Assembly (NCBI GenBank): GCA_964035545.1
Contig: OZ037765.1
Span: forward strand, 7,636,698 to 7,700,697
Direction: 5' to 3'
DNA length: 64,000 bases
Source: Bugula neritina
Taxonomy: Eukaryota > Animalia > Bryozoa
The stretch's first letter is position 1. Each line of letters opens with the position of its first letter. The notes below the pieces were generated by a model. It saw nothing but the letters and a program-made list of their open reading frames with translations, did no database searches and was not told where the DNA came from. Positions 35,201 through 50,200 of this stretch are shown piece by piece. A program made the translations under genes and the position numbers.

Positions 35201-38200
35201 ATGGGCTTTCCTGGTCTTGTATAGTTGCTACAATAGTGAGCGTAATGTTGGACATCATTTAGGAAAATTTAGAAATAAAAAAATTCAATAATTGCATTTT
35301 CATGCAGCTTAACAAATAACATGCAAGCTCAGGTTTTTCAGTTTGAATGTTAAACTATAGTTTATTGACAGCCACCTATGGCTTATTCCCTATGTACTAT
35401 GAGATGTAAAAATGTGATGGTATGGACTTACTGTTAAACTCAAAGTATATTTTAAGCAGTCATCTATTGTCCTACTATATATGGTTCAATGAAAGGGTCA
35501 ATATTGAGGGGTATCTGACTTATTAATTACCAACTTTCCATGGCATGTCATCAAAGCACCCTAATACTTGCAACTTTCACATTAACTAGTACCTAATTAT
35601 TAACTCATTTTATTATATATACTTTATATTTAGTTTCAATCATGTTTTGTAGATTTGAAAGCAATCTACAAATTCATGCAATTTTCACCAGTTCAGCAGG
35701 TCTTAATTTACATGCTTTAATTAGAAGTTATCGTTCCACTAGAGTGTTAAAATGAGAGCTCACAACTCCGTCTTTAAATACTTCCATATAAACCCAATTA
35801 ATTATATTTTTTTCTTGCAACATTTACTCTTAATAGCCAAATATTAAATCTTTCTGAGATAGCTAACGTCAGAAATTACTTTAAAATATAAAAAGAAAAA
35901 GTATGTTAGCGTTCAATTTTTTAAAAACATTTTGCTTAGAAAGTTATTTAGTAAATCGTTAGTCATAAGTGCACAACCAAGTCTGCCTATCATATTACCT
36001 TATTACTTATGTATGTGCACATGAGCATGTCAAAACATAAATTTCAAATAACATTCAACAATAACTTACGAATATAAGTTAGCACTTCATTATTTCAACA
36101 AGTAGTGATTTCTAAAAGCCATGCTAGTGCCATAACACCAGGTGATTATTGTGAATAGAAGAAGTTTACTAATAAAGTAGCTTTTCATAATTGATTGACC
36201 TTTTTTAACTCAAATTAAACAAACATTATTTGTGTTTAAATCAAATAATAATAAAGATGCTATTCATGACAACTGTGTGCAGTCAGTCCTTTTCAGATTT
36301 TGATAATGCATACAAACATACAGTCAGTGCTATAAGCTGATGAACACTGCATATTATAGTACTGAGCAGGTCAAGCAAGGACCACCATAATTTGTAGTCA
36401 ATCTTTTCATATGTCTATTATTTATAGTTGTCCACAAAATATTCCAACTTATTATACAGAATAATAAATGTGCAGGGTACAATATACCTACCTACCTACT
36501 TACAGTAATTCTGTATTATAAATTCATGCTATTGTAATATTTTACCTAAAAATATTAGATGCTAGTTTTTCTAAGCTCAAGGATCTGACTATTGATTTTG
36601 TATTTATATTCTTAATTGTTATCATGTAATCTAAATTCACTAAAGTCTAAAATTTAAGCAGTTTTTAGTCATAAAAACTTGGCAGTCATCAAGTACTTGA
36701 TCTTTAGCCTGTTATATGCAGTTTTTATTTAGAGTTTCACCGAAGCCTTTGGTTCCTCTGTACCAATAAGTATAGCCTGTGGTATTCTGAATTCTGTCAC
36801 CAACTAGTACTACAGTAATAATAAGACACTGTTTAGTATTTACACTAGGCAGACGTATGTGGTCTTGTTGAACTTCAGTTCTGTATCATGTTCGCAATCT
36901 TGTGGTTGGATGTATAAGTTAATTACTTATAACACTTAACTTGGTTTTGCTTATTAAAATATGCTCTTGGCTCCCATGCAGCTTCTTATAGATGACTTTT
37001 GCAGCCTTCAAATAACCCAAGTTCTCAAGAATTTTTGTTAAGAAATTATTCACAGATTAGTTCATGATCTAATGTAGTTCAATAACTAATTATTTGATAT
37101 TGAGGATCTATATTAAATTTTCTTAAATACCTTCAAAAGATTTTAGTTGTTGATACCGACTGATGCTAATTCTGACTTTAAGAAAACCAAATAGTACTTT
37201 AACATCCAGTTTGTGAAATATATTCAAGCCGGGGAAACTGGATACGGTGATACTATACTTGGCAGCAAATATTGACAATATTTCCAATATACATTAATGA
37301 AGAGGAAAATTACTACAGGTCAATGGAAAGCCTAGTAATTAAGAGAACAGATGAAATAGGTATATTTTGAGATCTTGGTACATGCATGGAGGGTGTTCTT
37401 AAAAACAGCTGCTATTGACAATCAGCATTTTAGGTAAAGGAAAAAGCTACAACAGACATTTTAAGCTGTTGACTTTGTTTAATTAGCTGCTTCAAATCAT
37501 GGTACATCGAAATTAGAGTTAATTTGTAAGGGTATGGTATTCAGCAATATTAAGCCAATGCCTTGGCATGAGGGAGTGGCTTATTAAACTGCTTCAAGTG
37601 CTCTTGAGCACTGAAGTACGATGAGAAAACATCTGAACACGTACCTGATTTGTGTGTAGTTTACAGAAGCTAACTTATAATTATGCGCTACAACTGCAGT
37701 CAAGTGAACTTTGGCATTAAACAGTGACGGTTTTGATTGGTCGGTTAGTTGCACGCCGTACGTCTGTTGTCTTAAAACGACTAGTCATTATAAGCGAAAC
37801 CACGGGCTAGCCATACTGTGTTAACAACGTCGTCTGTTTACTTTATCTTCTTAGATGTCTTAGAGAGTACCAGATTGTTCGTAGCAAGAAATTGGCAGTT
37901 ATTTGGCTTGCTAACCGTCACACAACTGTTTAACATCGAGAACTACTTCATCGTCAGTTTAGCTGGTGATTTTAGAATTTTAGAATACCAAAACAATTCT
38001 CGGACTTATCAGCTTAGAACTTTAAAACATCAGTTATAACTTCTAGCACTGTTCACTTAAGAGACGGACTTCATTTGATCTGTAGTTTTCAGATTTTTAC
38101 CCTACTCACCCGAAGTGCTCATCTTGGTCGCTGATGCTGGACATGCATGCAGAGTATCCTACGTCTCTGCCATCTTAGTTTAGTTCGAGCAGCTCAAGTT

Positions 38201-38218
38201 TATTTTAATGCAATAAAA

Positions 38219-41200
38219 ATGACTGCGTGTGGATATTGTGCATACTCTTTTCTTCTACTACTAATGACTGCAGTGAAGCTGTCTTCACAACAGGTTGTTG
38301 CTGACTCAACATCTCCAACAGCTGCCAGTGATAACGGTATAGTATACAACACTCCTCTTATTTTCTAAGCCTGCATATCTATAACTTATATTAGCCCACA
38401 ATAATGATTTGCAGTCCCTGTTTGACTGTTGATAACTTTAAACTGCTCAGCACTTCTATTCCTTTAAAATTTTAAATTGCCAAACGTAAATTTAAATGTA
38501 TGATTAAAAAATTAACTTTGTTATACTCAAATTTTACAAATGTCAAATTTTTATTGCAACTCATGTGCATGTGCAAGAACGCATGTACTAACTGACCTAG
38601 TTGGCTAGGTTAAGTTATTTTTATACCAGAATGGGTCAGAATATCCAGGCTATAATAAACCTAACATATTGGTAGAAGGTGATCATTATAAACAGTGGAT
38701 GATGACTGGTCTAAGTTAAGGTCTCCTAATCATAGTTCTCCAAACAGGTCAATGTTTAGCTGTAGCCTGCCAAGTATCGGTCTAATACCTCTCCATCTTA
38801 GGTTTCTCTTCACTATGAAAGTACAAGTTATTTGATTAATTTATTGTGTTTTATTAGATATACAATTATGATGCCTATTACCATGTGAACTATAATTATA
38901 AGAATTGGCTGATGACTTATATTGGACACATTAGGCCTTGGTGTATATTATTTCAGTCACATATTACTGGAGGAAAGTCATGCAAAGTCAAATACCTTGG
39001 GTGCTTTTAACTCTCCTACACAAACCATGTGGTTATGTCAATCATTATAATTAAGTTGCATTTCATAAAATCTTGCATATTTATGGCTTATAGTAGACCA
39101 TACATTGAGATCAGAGAAATTTATTCTAGGTTACATATGTAAGATGTTTTGCTAAATTAAATGTCAGTGATAGATGATGTTTGCAATAGTTTGGTGTGGG
39201 TCTGGGGTGCAACTGGGAGACAAGGCAATATGTCTGTCTATGTGTAAACAAGTGCATTACAATCAAGTATTGTAAATACATATTCTGCAATACAAAAATG
39301 TGGGACCGAGACCTAAAGGGAGAGTGACAGGACTGCAGGCTACAACTGTGAAGTCTATATTCCATTGTCTCCATTTCTTTAGCTGCTCTCAGATGCACTG
39401 TACAGCTTGTTCCACAATATTGATAACAATCAAACTTTTAAGCATAAGAATGCCATTCTTCCACATTTGTTTCATTTGGCTGAAGATTTATGGTTTTTGT
39501 ATGATCCTAATCTTATTCGAGTCTTGAAGATTCTTTGGCTTAATGCACTGGGGATCTCTCTGCTCAAAATGTTGCCAAAGGTTTTGTAACCTAAAAAATG
39601 TTCAACAATTCAATTTCAACATGTGCATCTATAAAAAGCTGGCTTATCCAAAAGACAATATATGTGTGTTTGATAGCTTGGTTTCCTGTCATGCTCACTA
39701 GCATATATAGCAACAAGATTCCGTATACTGTCAGTCTACTTAAACAATGGCACCTTGTTGAACATTGTATTAGTAGAAAATTGCTTCAATTTGCTACTTG
39801 TGTATGTTTTACCTAGCAAAGAGATAATTGCCCTTGGGGACTTATGGTCGTGAGCTCAATTGCATAATTAGCAGTCCATGTAAATAGAGTTTTGTACAAG
39901 CCACACGATCACCACTATCAGTTGTTAGGGGTATGTTTCATGATCTGTACCCTTGTAATGGGATAGCTACCTAGAACAATTCAATAAAGAAAAGCCACAT
40001 GACTACTTGACAAAATGGCTCATTTACTAGTCACAAGGATTCAGTAATAAAGAAATGTTTCTACATATTAAAATATTCATGCAATGCAATGGTTTGTTAG
40101 CTGCAGAACAAACTTTATTATGCTGATGACAAAATATGATGATGTAGGTAAACCCTATGAGTTGAATACTGGGCCACCTTGGTAGCAGGATAAGGAGTTG
40201 GTATACAACAATAAGTATATATTCTTCATGTAATAGAGAGGTAGCTGCCTACGTAAACATAAAATATTTGATATTAAGATCTATACAAGACTTTTGTTTA
40301 CAGAGTAACATTTGTTCAGCCACTCTCTAGTGCTAAATACAGTTTACCGAATTGAGTTAGCACTCAATATAAAGCTCAACGATTTTTCTAACAAGCCACC
40401 AGTATTGGGTTAGAGTGGGTTGTTTGACAAGTGTTCTAGTGTTACAGAACTCGCAGGCAAACATCGGCACTTCACTAGTTAGTGTGATTATAAAATTGTT
40501 GTCAATGTAAAACATTTTATAAACGTAAGCACCTAACAATGACTATACAAATAGGTACTTGGTCACTAAGATCTTTATATTATCGATAGTGTCGAATCAT
40601 ATTTTATATTAAAATACATTAGTTTTTGTGGGAAATATTAAATAGCATATGTAGAATAAATATTATATGGAAACTTAATAATATATCATTATGCTCTTAG
40701 TTGATAATTAGATGTTGAAAATGTTATATTGGAATGCAAGATGAGTTTAGAGATAATATACTTCCCAAGGTTTAGTCGGCTATAAATCTTATGATCTTCA
40801 GACCAGACACTTAGTCACCATGCTATTACCACTTGGTACAAACTCATTTAATATCTCGACTTGTTTCTTCATTCTATCACCACAGACTGTCTGAGAAGAC
40901 TGAAATACCTCTACTGTCTTTGTAATACTCTGTTATTATCAACTTGACAAATTATGAATTGACATTTTCTTCAAGTCCAAGTGATATGAAAAGAAAATGA
41001 ACAATTGAAATAGTCTAAACTTGAAAATCAGCATCTTTGAGTAGCAGCTTAGAACTTTGATGTATAGAGGTGGGTAACCTTAGTCAATCAGAATATGTAT
41101 TTATTGTGTGTTTTGTAGGTGACTCAGATGCCAGTGATTTTTTCACCATTCAACCAAAAGCTCTAACATACATCACCAAACAATCCAAAAGTCCGGTTAT

Positions 41201-44200
41201 TGTGAAGTGTGCTGCAATAAATGCTGTTGAAATTGATGTTAGATGTCATGGGCAATCTGTGGACAGTGCATATATTGAAAGAGTTGAGACGGACACCCCT
41301 GATGGCAATCATTTGTTAACGGTAACTTACCGCCATTTTCTTATTTCTGGTATTTTTGACACTTCATAAAATTGATGTTTTTATTGACAATCCTTTTAAA
41401 ATTTATAAAAAAATGATTTAGTTGTCATTTAGTATTTATGTAATAACACAACTAATTGATTTACATGTGCTTGTGTGTTTTTTTTCAGGTGGAAGCAACC
41501 ATTACATATGATGATGTGTTTGAAGCTCTTGCCAGATATATGTGCTCGTGTGTAGCTTCACTTGCAGAAGGAAGAAGAGTGAAGAGCCAATCTGGAGAGA
41601 TTAAGATTGCCCGTGAGTTCTACGAGTCTTTTTAATTATGATAAGGATCTGCAGCTGTAGACAGCTTAATTTTTTCCTCCTACCAGCTTTTTACTTCCTT
41701 TACTTTTATTTGAGTGTTTTTAAGCTATAAAATTAAATTATACTTTAAGAAGTGCCTTCGATAGAGTCTAGGCTGTTCCAGTTTACTAAAAAAAGCTATT
41801 TATTTCCAAATAGAGTTATTTTATGAAAGTCATAAGTTTACCATATTAATAAAGTTGTATAAGATAGCGTATATGCAGCATGCAATGGAATGGTGAGATC
41901 ATTAGGTGGACAATTATTGCTTAATATCATTTCAGTTTTATAACAATCTTCACACAGAAAATAAAGTATTTATACTAATCATTCACAGATCTTCAAACTC
42001 AACAGGTGAAGCTTTGTCATTCAAAATTTAATTTTAATTTTTGACTGGAGAAAAAATTCAGTTTAATCTGCAAATAAATGAGAGATAGGATTTTTAATCA
42101 CTTACTAGTAAGTTCTCCAAGCCTTATCGTTGTTAGCCTCAGCAAATATTTGCTTGAGTCTCAGAATCAAAGGTGTTATCATTAATGGTAGTTGACTACA
42201 CTTTCAATGTTTCTCTGAGTATGTATGTATTTTCTCTGTGTGTGTGCAGCAGATGATCTAATAAAGTATAGGCTATTTTGCTTTAGTTACATACGTATCT
42301 TTTTGTTTCAACTTCACCACCCAAAGGTACTTAAAAAAGAGAGTAAGCCTACTCAAAACTAACATTGAAAATATAAATAATTGTAAAATCTAGGACTATG
42401 ATTTCATTGAATGTTTCCTTTATGCATAAATGACTAGGAGCACAAAGTGCCAATGACTTCTAATCAAAGTTGAAAATCTTAAGAGCATTGATCATAGCTT
42501 TTGATATTTTCTAATTGTCGAATTGCTGGCGTGTAACTGAAGTTTAGAAGTGTGGCTGACATTCATACAGACAGACATAATTGTGCCAGCGCTGGGGCCC
42601 CAGCAGTTGTCTAGCGTGTGTTAGTAACACTTGCAGTAGAGGAGGATATAGCTTTGTATTGGTGACATTTGTGCTTCCAGTGGCTTAATTAACACTAACA
42701 GGGGGCTTACTCTGTGATCAGCAGGCTATGGTATTCAATGTCATTTCGTAACAATGAAGAAGCATTGCTACTGCTTTTACTGCCAGTGTGACTCTTCTTT
42801 AAGAAGTGAAGCCATAAAAATCTAGTCTTAAATTTCCTGCTGATTATTATATACAATAAAGCACGTTTGCGTTTGTTGTGGTCTCTCAGCACGGGCTGAA
42901 GGTGCAAGGCCACTTTGTCCTCTCAAGAATTTTGCAAAGTGTTTATATCCCATACTAAAAGCTGTTGATTCTTTATTACATTAATATAATAAATGAATTA
43001 ATTTTTAATTTCCTAGACCTATTCAAGTCATTTATGCTTCATTCAATTTCTTAAAATATATTTTTACTAAATACAAACAAACTAATCGGTGGGCCTTTTA
43101 TCTCACACTAATCCAATAATATCGCATTGATTTATTCATAAAGGAAAATATTCCACTATAGACCAATAAGTTTAATAGTGATATGATATATTGAGTGGCT
43201 GGCTAAGGTTAATTTGTTAAATGGTATATAAAAGTTGAGACAGTGGAATGGCTGTTGCTGGGTGGACAAAAGTGCTGGCGTATCAACTTAATCCCCTCTA
43301 ATCAGGGTTGAATGATTGACTGCCTTTGCTGTCAACTGCTAATTTCTATGTCAGTCAACTGCTAGAAGGCAAAGACAAGCAGCAATGTAGCCTCTAAATT
43401 CTATAAACTTATATTGACTTGAAGTTATTAGTTAGAGAATAAGTTTTCATAATTTGCAATACCCATGTTTATCAACTCTACACTGCAGGCAGATTCTAAA
43501 GGCTTGCATGCAGTATTATCAGATATATTGTTACTGATAATTGCTAAGTGCAAGTGACTACAATCATTATCACTATATATAACTTTGCTATAATTCTCAT
43601 TTGAGTTGTCACTCATAATTATTTCCAGTCTAAGTAATTATTATTAATTCTTATCTAAACTGTGATTAGCAGTCAGAAGTATGTTTATCTATGACATAGC
43701 TTAATTGAAGAAAGTTATTGTGCAATAGTTGGTTGGCATAAGTGAACAACTTAATACCAGCATAATTTTCAATATACCAGATATTGTGCAGATAGTATTT
43801 TTAATATTCTGAGATGCGTGCATTATAATATATTAATAGATATATTATGGTCAACTAGTCAAGAAAAGTGTATTTGGGAGAACAAAAATTTCTAAGTTTT
43901 TACATCAAGTGTGAAATATACTTCTAAATCATTCCAATGCTACACTTTGAAAATGTATTAGCTAATAAAAATGTATCTACTTTTTAAAGAAATTTACTTG
44001 ACCAAATAATTGAACAGTTTTAAGTTAGTTTTTAAGATAAACACTTTGAAAAAGTTTGAATTTTCTTTATTTCATGCCATGTTTTATTTTCAGGTTTGTC
44101 AAAAGATTTTCCACAGTCACCAATAGAAGTGTCGGTGATGGTGATGCAGGAGGCGGAACTTATCTGTCGACCACCCAAAGGAACGCCTAGTCCATCTGTG

Positions 44201-47200
44201 AGTCATGTTCAAATAATCTATTTACACAAAACAGGTTTAATAAACATGTTTATTGCTTGTTTGGAAACTCACTTTTCATTTTCTATGCATATGCTATAGA
44301 TCTTTTGGAGAAAGAATGGAGTGAGAATTGATGACGAGAATGATCCTAAATATCTGGTGACCAGTGAGGGGTCGCTAGTCATCAGGGAGGTCACCAAAGC
44401 CGACGAGGCAAACTACACTTGTGTGGCTTACAATGATCTCTTCACCAGAGCGACAGATCCAGCACGACTCTACGTATATAGTATGTTTAATAGCTCGCTA
44501 TTAGAAAATAGAATAGAGTTGAAACAGAATTCGCGATTAGAATCAGCCTCTGTGTTAGAATCATGTTACAATCAGATTTCCAACTACTAGACAATAGACT
44601 TCATAAAGTTACAATATGAGAAGAGTCGGAGATTGTAAATTAGTGTCTGCATGTGTGTGTACACTCTAGAGTCTAAAAGCATCTCCCATCTTTCTGGCTT
44701 ACAACCATACAATCCAGTATCATATTACACAACCTTCAGCAACTGCAGCTATATAATTCAGCCACTTGAATGGTGCATCTGTCATATAAACTCTTGGATG
44801 TTTTTTGCAGATTTTCTCCAGACAAATGTATTGAGTCATTTTAGGTTAATGAAGCAGAAGCCAATTTCTATGAAATGTTTTAGTGGTGTGCATTTCAAAC
44901 AAGTAAATTAACTTAGGCCAATGAGCACTCGTAACCTAACTTTTGTTTTGCATTCTCGAGCTGTGTACATTGTTGAATATTGTATAACAACATTGTGTTT
45001 TTGTTACATCTACTAACATCAACCCAGTTTCAATTTAGCCAAGCATCACAGCTATTGAGATTAGAAGGAAAACAAACATCTACCTGTTCTTGTTGAAATC
45101 ATGTCACAAATATTGTGTGCACAATCCCAGGCTGCTTCAGTTTGATTATTTTAAATTATCTGTGATTAGTGCTGTAAATCATAGATACACCAGTTGGGCT
45201 GTGAACAACTGTTCTAAATCACTCACTGGAGACTGATTAGACGCATGAATACTAATTACTATCAGAAGCTTAGATCAGCGTTCACAGTGTTGAGTTTTTT
45301 AGTTAGTCACAAGTGGCTCATTATCATGAATCTTGCCACACTCTTTCTAAGTATGAGACAGCTAGAAGATTTCTTATCACAACATATTTCAATATTTGGT
45401 GATGCATTATATTAACAGCGCATGGCGGATGGTCAACATGGACCAACTGGGGAAACTGTGACACCAAATGTGGTAATGGCTACAAAACAAGATGGAGGGT
45501 CTGTAACAATCCACCTCAGAGTGGCAGAGATGGTCAGCCATGTGATGGTGACGCTAGTCAAAGTAGTCCTTGTACCAGAGAGTGTAATCCTGGTAAGCCC
45601 TAGACAAGATGTCATTTTGTAATCTTGCTTTTATTCTCAGCTAATAACGTTTTTTTATGAAAAAAATCACACAAGTTTATAGTCACTATCACTATGAGAG
45701 CCCCTGTTGAAAAAAGTTTTTATTAAATCGGGCTAAGGACTTATTCATATGTGGCCCAGCAGCAATTATGACTGGATGCTATGCTACTGGGGTTCGAACC
45801 CATGACTCTGTGTTTACTAAGCCAACGCTCCAACCCCTTTAACCCTCTTTTTGAATAATGACTTTTTTATACAAACAATAATTAAATTGTAAGCACTAGT
45901 CTAGCAAATGAAAATCTACTAGCAAGTTTCTATAGAATATTTAGAGGTGACCATCTTGTTACATATTTTCAGCATAATTCTGCAAGTATCCTGTGTACAG
46001 TAACCTAGCCAGCAGTTGACCCATTTGGCTTACTTTATCTGACATGTGCTTGTTTATTATAAGGAGGATAATAAGATTTTAGACCTAATGAACTTATTGG
46101 ATGATTGGGAAAAGGGTTTTCAAATACCACATCATCATTTAGAATAAAGTATATCAGGATTAAATAAAATTAGCTTTCCCCTGTTTCTCATTATGGCACT
46201 AGGTATAAGTGAGTTTTAGTTGCATCATGTACATTAGGCCATTGTATTTCTCACGTGTTTTAAAACCCTGGATACCTCAGAATTTTCAGAATACAGGGTG
46301 GCTGTAGTGCATGTTTTATCTTTGTTGAACCAACCTACAAGTGGCCATTTTATTATTAAAAAATAATTATTAATAAATGACCAGATTAATGCACAAAGAT
46401 TATAACAACTTAGAAATAAAGGAAGGAATTGTGAAAAGCCAAATATTGAAAATAGTTTTTTTTGTCAGTTCTTCGGTATTAATCTATCACACAACATAAG
46501 GTCTAGCAAATAGCCAAATGGCTGACAATGTTTTGCATCAACACACCAACCAATAAACCTATACACTCTGGCTTAAGCCTAGCTCAAAGCAGCATGTGTG
46601 TTTGCATATATGCTTTGCCTTTGATAATTCTGTGTATGAATTCGCGTTAGAGTGCAATGCATGTATTGAATTTACATTTTCAAGTGCTTTGAAAACCTAA
46701 CCTTGTTTGCATTTGAGATGAGACTATATAAAGCATGTACTAGTTGTAAGTGTGGTCACCACTGTCTTTTATATTACGCTGCCTTTGCATGCGTCAGCAC
46801 CAGTTTATTGAGATGTGGTATTAGAGGAGAATAAGTATGAGGTTCTTGTCTGTATTTGCAGAAGATGGAGGGTGGTCCAGGTGGGGCCCGTGGGGAAACT
46901 GTGAGTCATCTCCCACACCCCCTTCTGTGTGCCAGAAGCATCGACAAAGAAGGTGCAACAACCCAGTCCCTGTTGGAGGTGGCAGAATGTGTGTTGGTCC
47001 AAACACTGAAAGTCGTAGTTGCAATAGTCCGTGTCCCAAACGAAGTAAGACAAATTCAATACATAGTATTTCCATCAAGTTATACATTATTAACTTTATT
47101 GCAAGTATAATATGCACATTGTAATTTATGTAACTGTCTGTGTTGATTTAATATCAGCATAATAAGCATCTTTGGTCATTTTGCATTGATTTATAAACTT

Positions 47201-50200
47201 GTATTGTTTGTAGCTTTTGACGAAAATGGGATCTTAACCAACAGCTCAAGAAATGGAGGTTACAGTGGAGCAGATAACCAAAATAAGAGCAGAAATTCTA
47301 TAAGTGGTGCGTAAATGTGTTCCTTGCTGCTATATTTCAATGAATAAGCTTTCAATCTCTCTTACTAATTGGCTTACAAACTCAGTCTAGGCGGATATAT
47401 TTGAGACAACTCATCCGCTTTTCTACAGATAAACACAGTCTGCAATAGAATCATATCTTAATGTTTTATTTAAGCAAAATGTTGATATTATCTTTAGTTG
47501 AGACTATCGATAGTTGAGCTGAAGTATCATTGCTAAAGCTCATGAATATATTTATTAGCCATAATTGTATTGACCTATAACAATAAAGGTAAGTAGCCTG
47601 AAGTGTAAAGCGCTCTATGATTATCAGACCAAGACATTTACTATTTTTGCCATAAAATAATGTGATAGGTACTTGTATGTTTATAGCCGACAGTGAGAAT
47701 ATCATACTATGGGTGGTACTATGTGCAGCCATTGCAGTGTTCACAGTTATTCTAGTCATCATTGTCATCTGTCTGCTGAAGAGAAGGTCCAGGAGAAATA
47801 ATATGTATGATGAAGATTCCAATGATGCTGGTAAGCCTGATGAGCAGCTTTCTATAAATGGCCAGACATAGTTTGACTTAATAGTCTACTTTTCAGGTAG
47901 ATTCGGTCAAAGTTTGTGTAATGTGTCTCAATCAGCACGTAATTAATTCATCCCGTGTGTATATTATTCAAAACATTGAAACTGCATGGAAATTTGATCT
48001 GACTCGAAGTTTTAGATGCCAAGTTGCATTTCTCAGCCTATTAAGTACTAGCAATGTTATATTTGAGTACATCTACTTGACTTGTAAGAAATTATATTAT
48101 GCTAATTAAGATATTGGACTCAAGCTTCTTTTTTCTTCCTTTACTGCTTATAGCATTGCATTGCTTCTGTACGGTATTTGATATAAGCATGGGCTAAATT
48201 AAGTAATCTTATTAGATCAAAGACTGTTGTAAATCTTTGTCAGGTAATTGCACCGGTAGCCTGTCAGCCACTGGGACTCATCTTTATATTTCACTTCAAA
48301 GAAAGATGTTTTTTCTCTTTAATGTTAGATATACAATCGCAATTAGCGTGTGTGCTTACACATCTATGCTATTATGTATTTACACATGTGTCTGAATCGA
48401 GTTTACTAATTTTTGCCAGATATCTCGTGATTATAAATAATTTCTACTTTCCTCATTAATTTTGTAGATATTGGGAGTCGAGATCAGGAAAAGTACAATG
48501 CCAATAATGGTAGGTCCATTTAGCTGCCCCAACAAATCTAATAGTTCCTTGATTTAATATATCTTATCTTGCCTACTTGAATTACCACAATGAACAAATT
48601 AACAAATCCCAAGTTACCATGAAATAAATCACTTGTGACAGATGATATGCTCGCAACTTCACTGGTAGCTCTTCTTACACTGTATTCATAAACATTCAAT
48701 TCCTCCTATGATTAGAGCTAATTAAATTTGTTGATATACTGATACAAGTCAAGCTGAGTCAGATAGCAAGCTGTTTATTGTACTATATAGTTTAAGAAAT
48801 AACATGATATCCTACTGAATCATATGATACGTAAGATCAAGCTAGCTCACACCTGTGCAAGCTGTCATACCACAGTAATGATCTCCTATTTTTAACATAA
48901 TCCTACTTCTCCTATGCATTCTTGGCGTAACAGACTATAATTCTTACAATGCGCTGCATTGCATTATGTTTGCTTTGTCATATAGTATATCATCCCAGCT
49001 GAAGGCCTTAACGTGTTGAAATCTCTGGGAACACAAAGTGATAAATTAAGATCAAAATACTGTGAATTATTTCAAGCTAGAATATCAATGATCAAGAATC
49101 GCTCAATTTTTTCCTAGGAACAATGTGTCATCCCGAGCTAACTCGGAGTATTCCTCTCAGAAACCATAGACCGTTCACAGCCTCTCGGTCAGACTCTGTT
49201 GGTACACCTTCTGAAAAAAAGCCAATGATATCTTCAATGCCTCGACCTCCACCAACTCAGAGAGAGTATTACATGCAAATCTCTCCGCAAAGTAAAAATT
49301 GTGATCATCATGATTACATGCAAATAGGTATGCAAATTATATTAAGATGGCTCTAAAATTTGCTTCACTCATCAAAGGCTCGATATTTTATTAAAAAAAT
49401 AATAATTTGTTGCTTGTTCAATTGGTAGTGTTTTGTGTACAAGTAACCGAATATCTGGAGGTTATCTGCATTATAGCAGCAGGTGGTGTTTAAGAAACTT
49501 GTTGGGCCTCAAGTCATTCGGTGCTTTAAGATTATGCAAGATGGATAGATAGTTATACTGATCAAAGAAAGATGAAAATAGTTGTGTGTTTCATTCAATA
49601 AGTAATGACATAATTGAAGTAATCTTTCAAAGTAGTTGAATTTTCTTTCTGCACTTCTCTTCTTGAATATTATAGCCATTAGCCAGGATTAAAATTAATA
49701 AACTTGATACTTGTGTTTCCTTTTGTTTAATTATTTATGCTGAAAGTTAATTTTCTATATTTCATTTCTTAAAAATATTATGAATATGATAATGCAATAA
49801 TTGCCTTAAAAAATTTACTGTTCTCATCTAATGCACCGAAACCTGAAAAACTAAATTAGTTTAAGAGAGTTGAGTCTTTATTATGATCGGTTGCTATACA
49901 GGAAGTGTGAGGGACTCGGAAAATGAAAGTACAGATGATAAGTTGTCACATGACTCATCCAGCCCCGAGTCTGGCATCTGTAATTCTTGTGACAGGCAAT
50001 CTTTGTCGTCGGCCCAGTTACCTGCTAAAATTGATTTGGATTCTTTAGCTTGGGGCAATCTAACTCACACTGGGGGTCGCCTCACAGTCGCAGACACAGG
50101 TACTGATTGTAACAGTAATGTAATTTTATACGCTAAATATTAACCTCATAATAGACTATCATTAAACTGCAAAATAGTTCAATTTGATTTTAAGAAACAA

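Noticed and set aside
29300-38100. Short hydrophobic ORFs in the long non-coding stretch
   Set aside because: Typical random AT-rich ORFs of 60-115 aa with no domain signal.
45770-45840. Possible tRNA gene (gggttcgaaccc)
   Set aside because: No acceptor stem or cloverleaf; it is the head of a SINE shared with 18687-18886.
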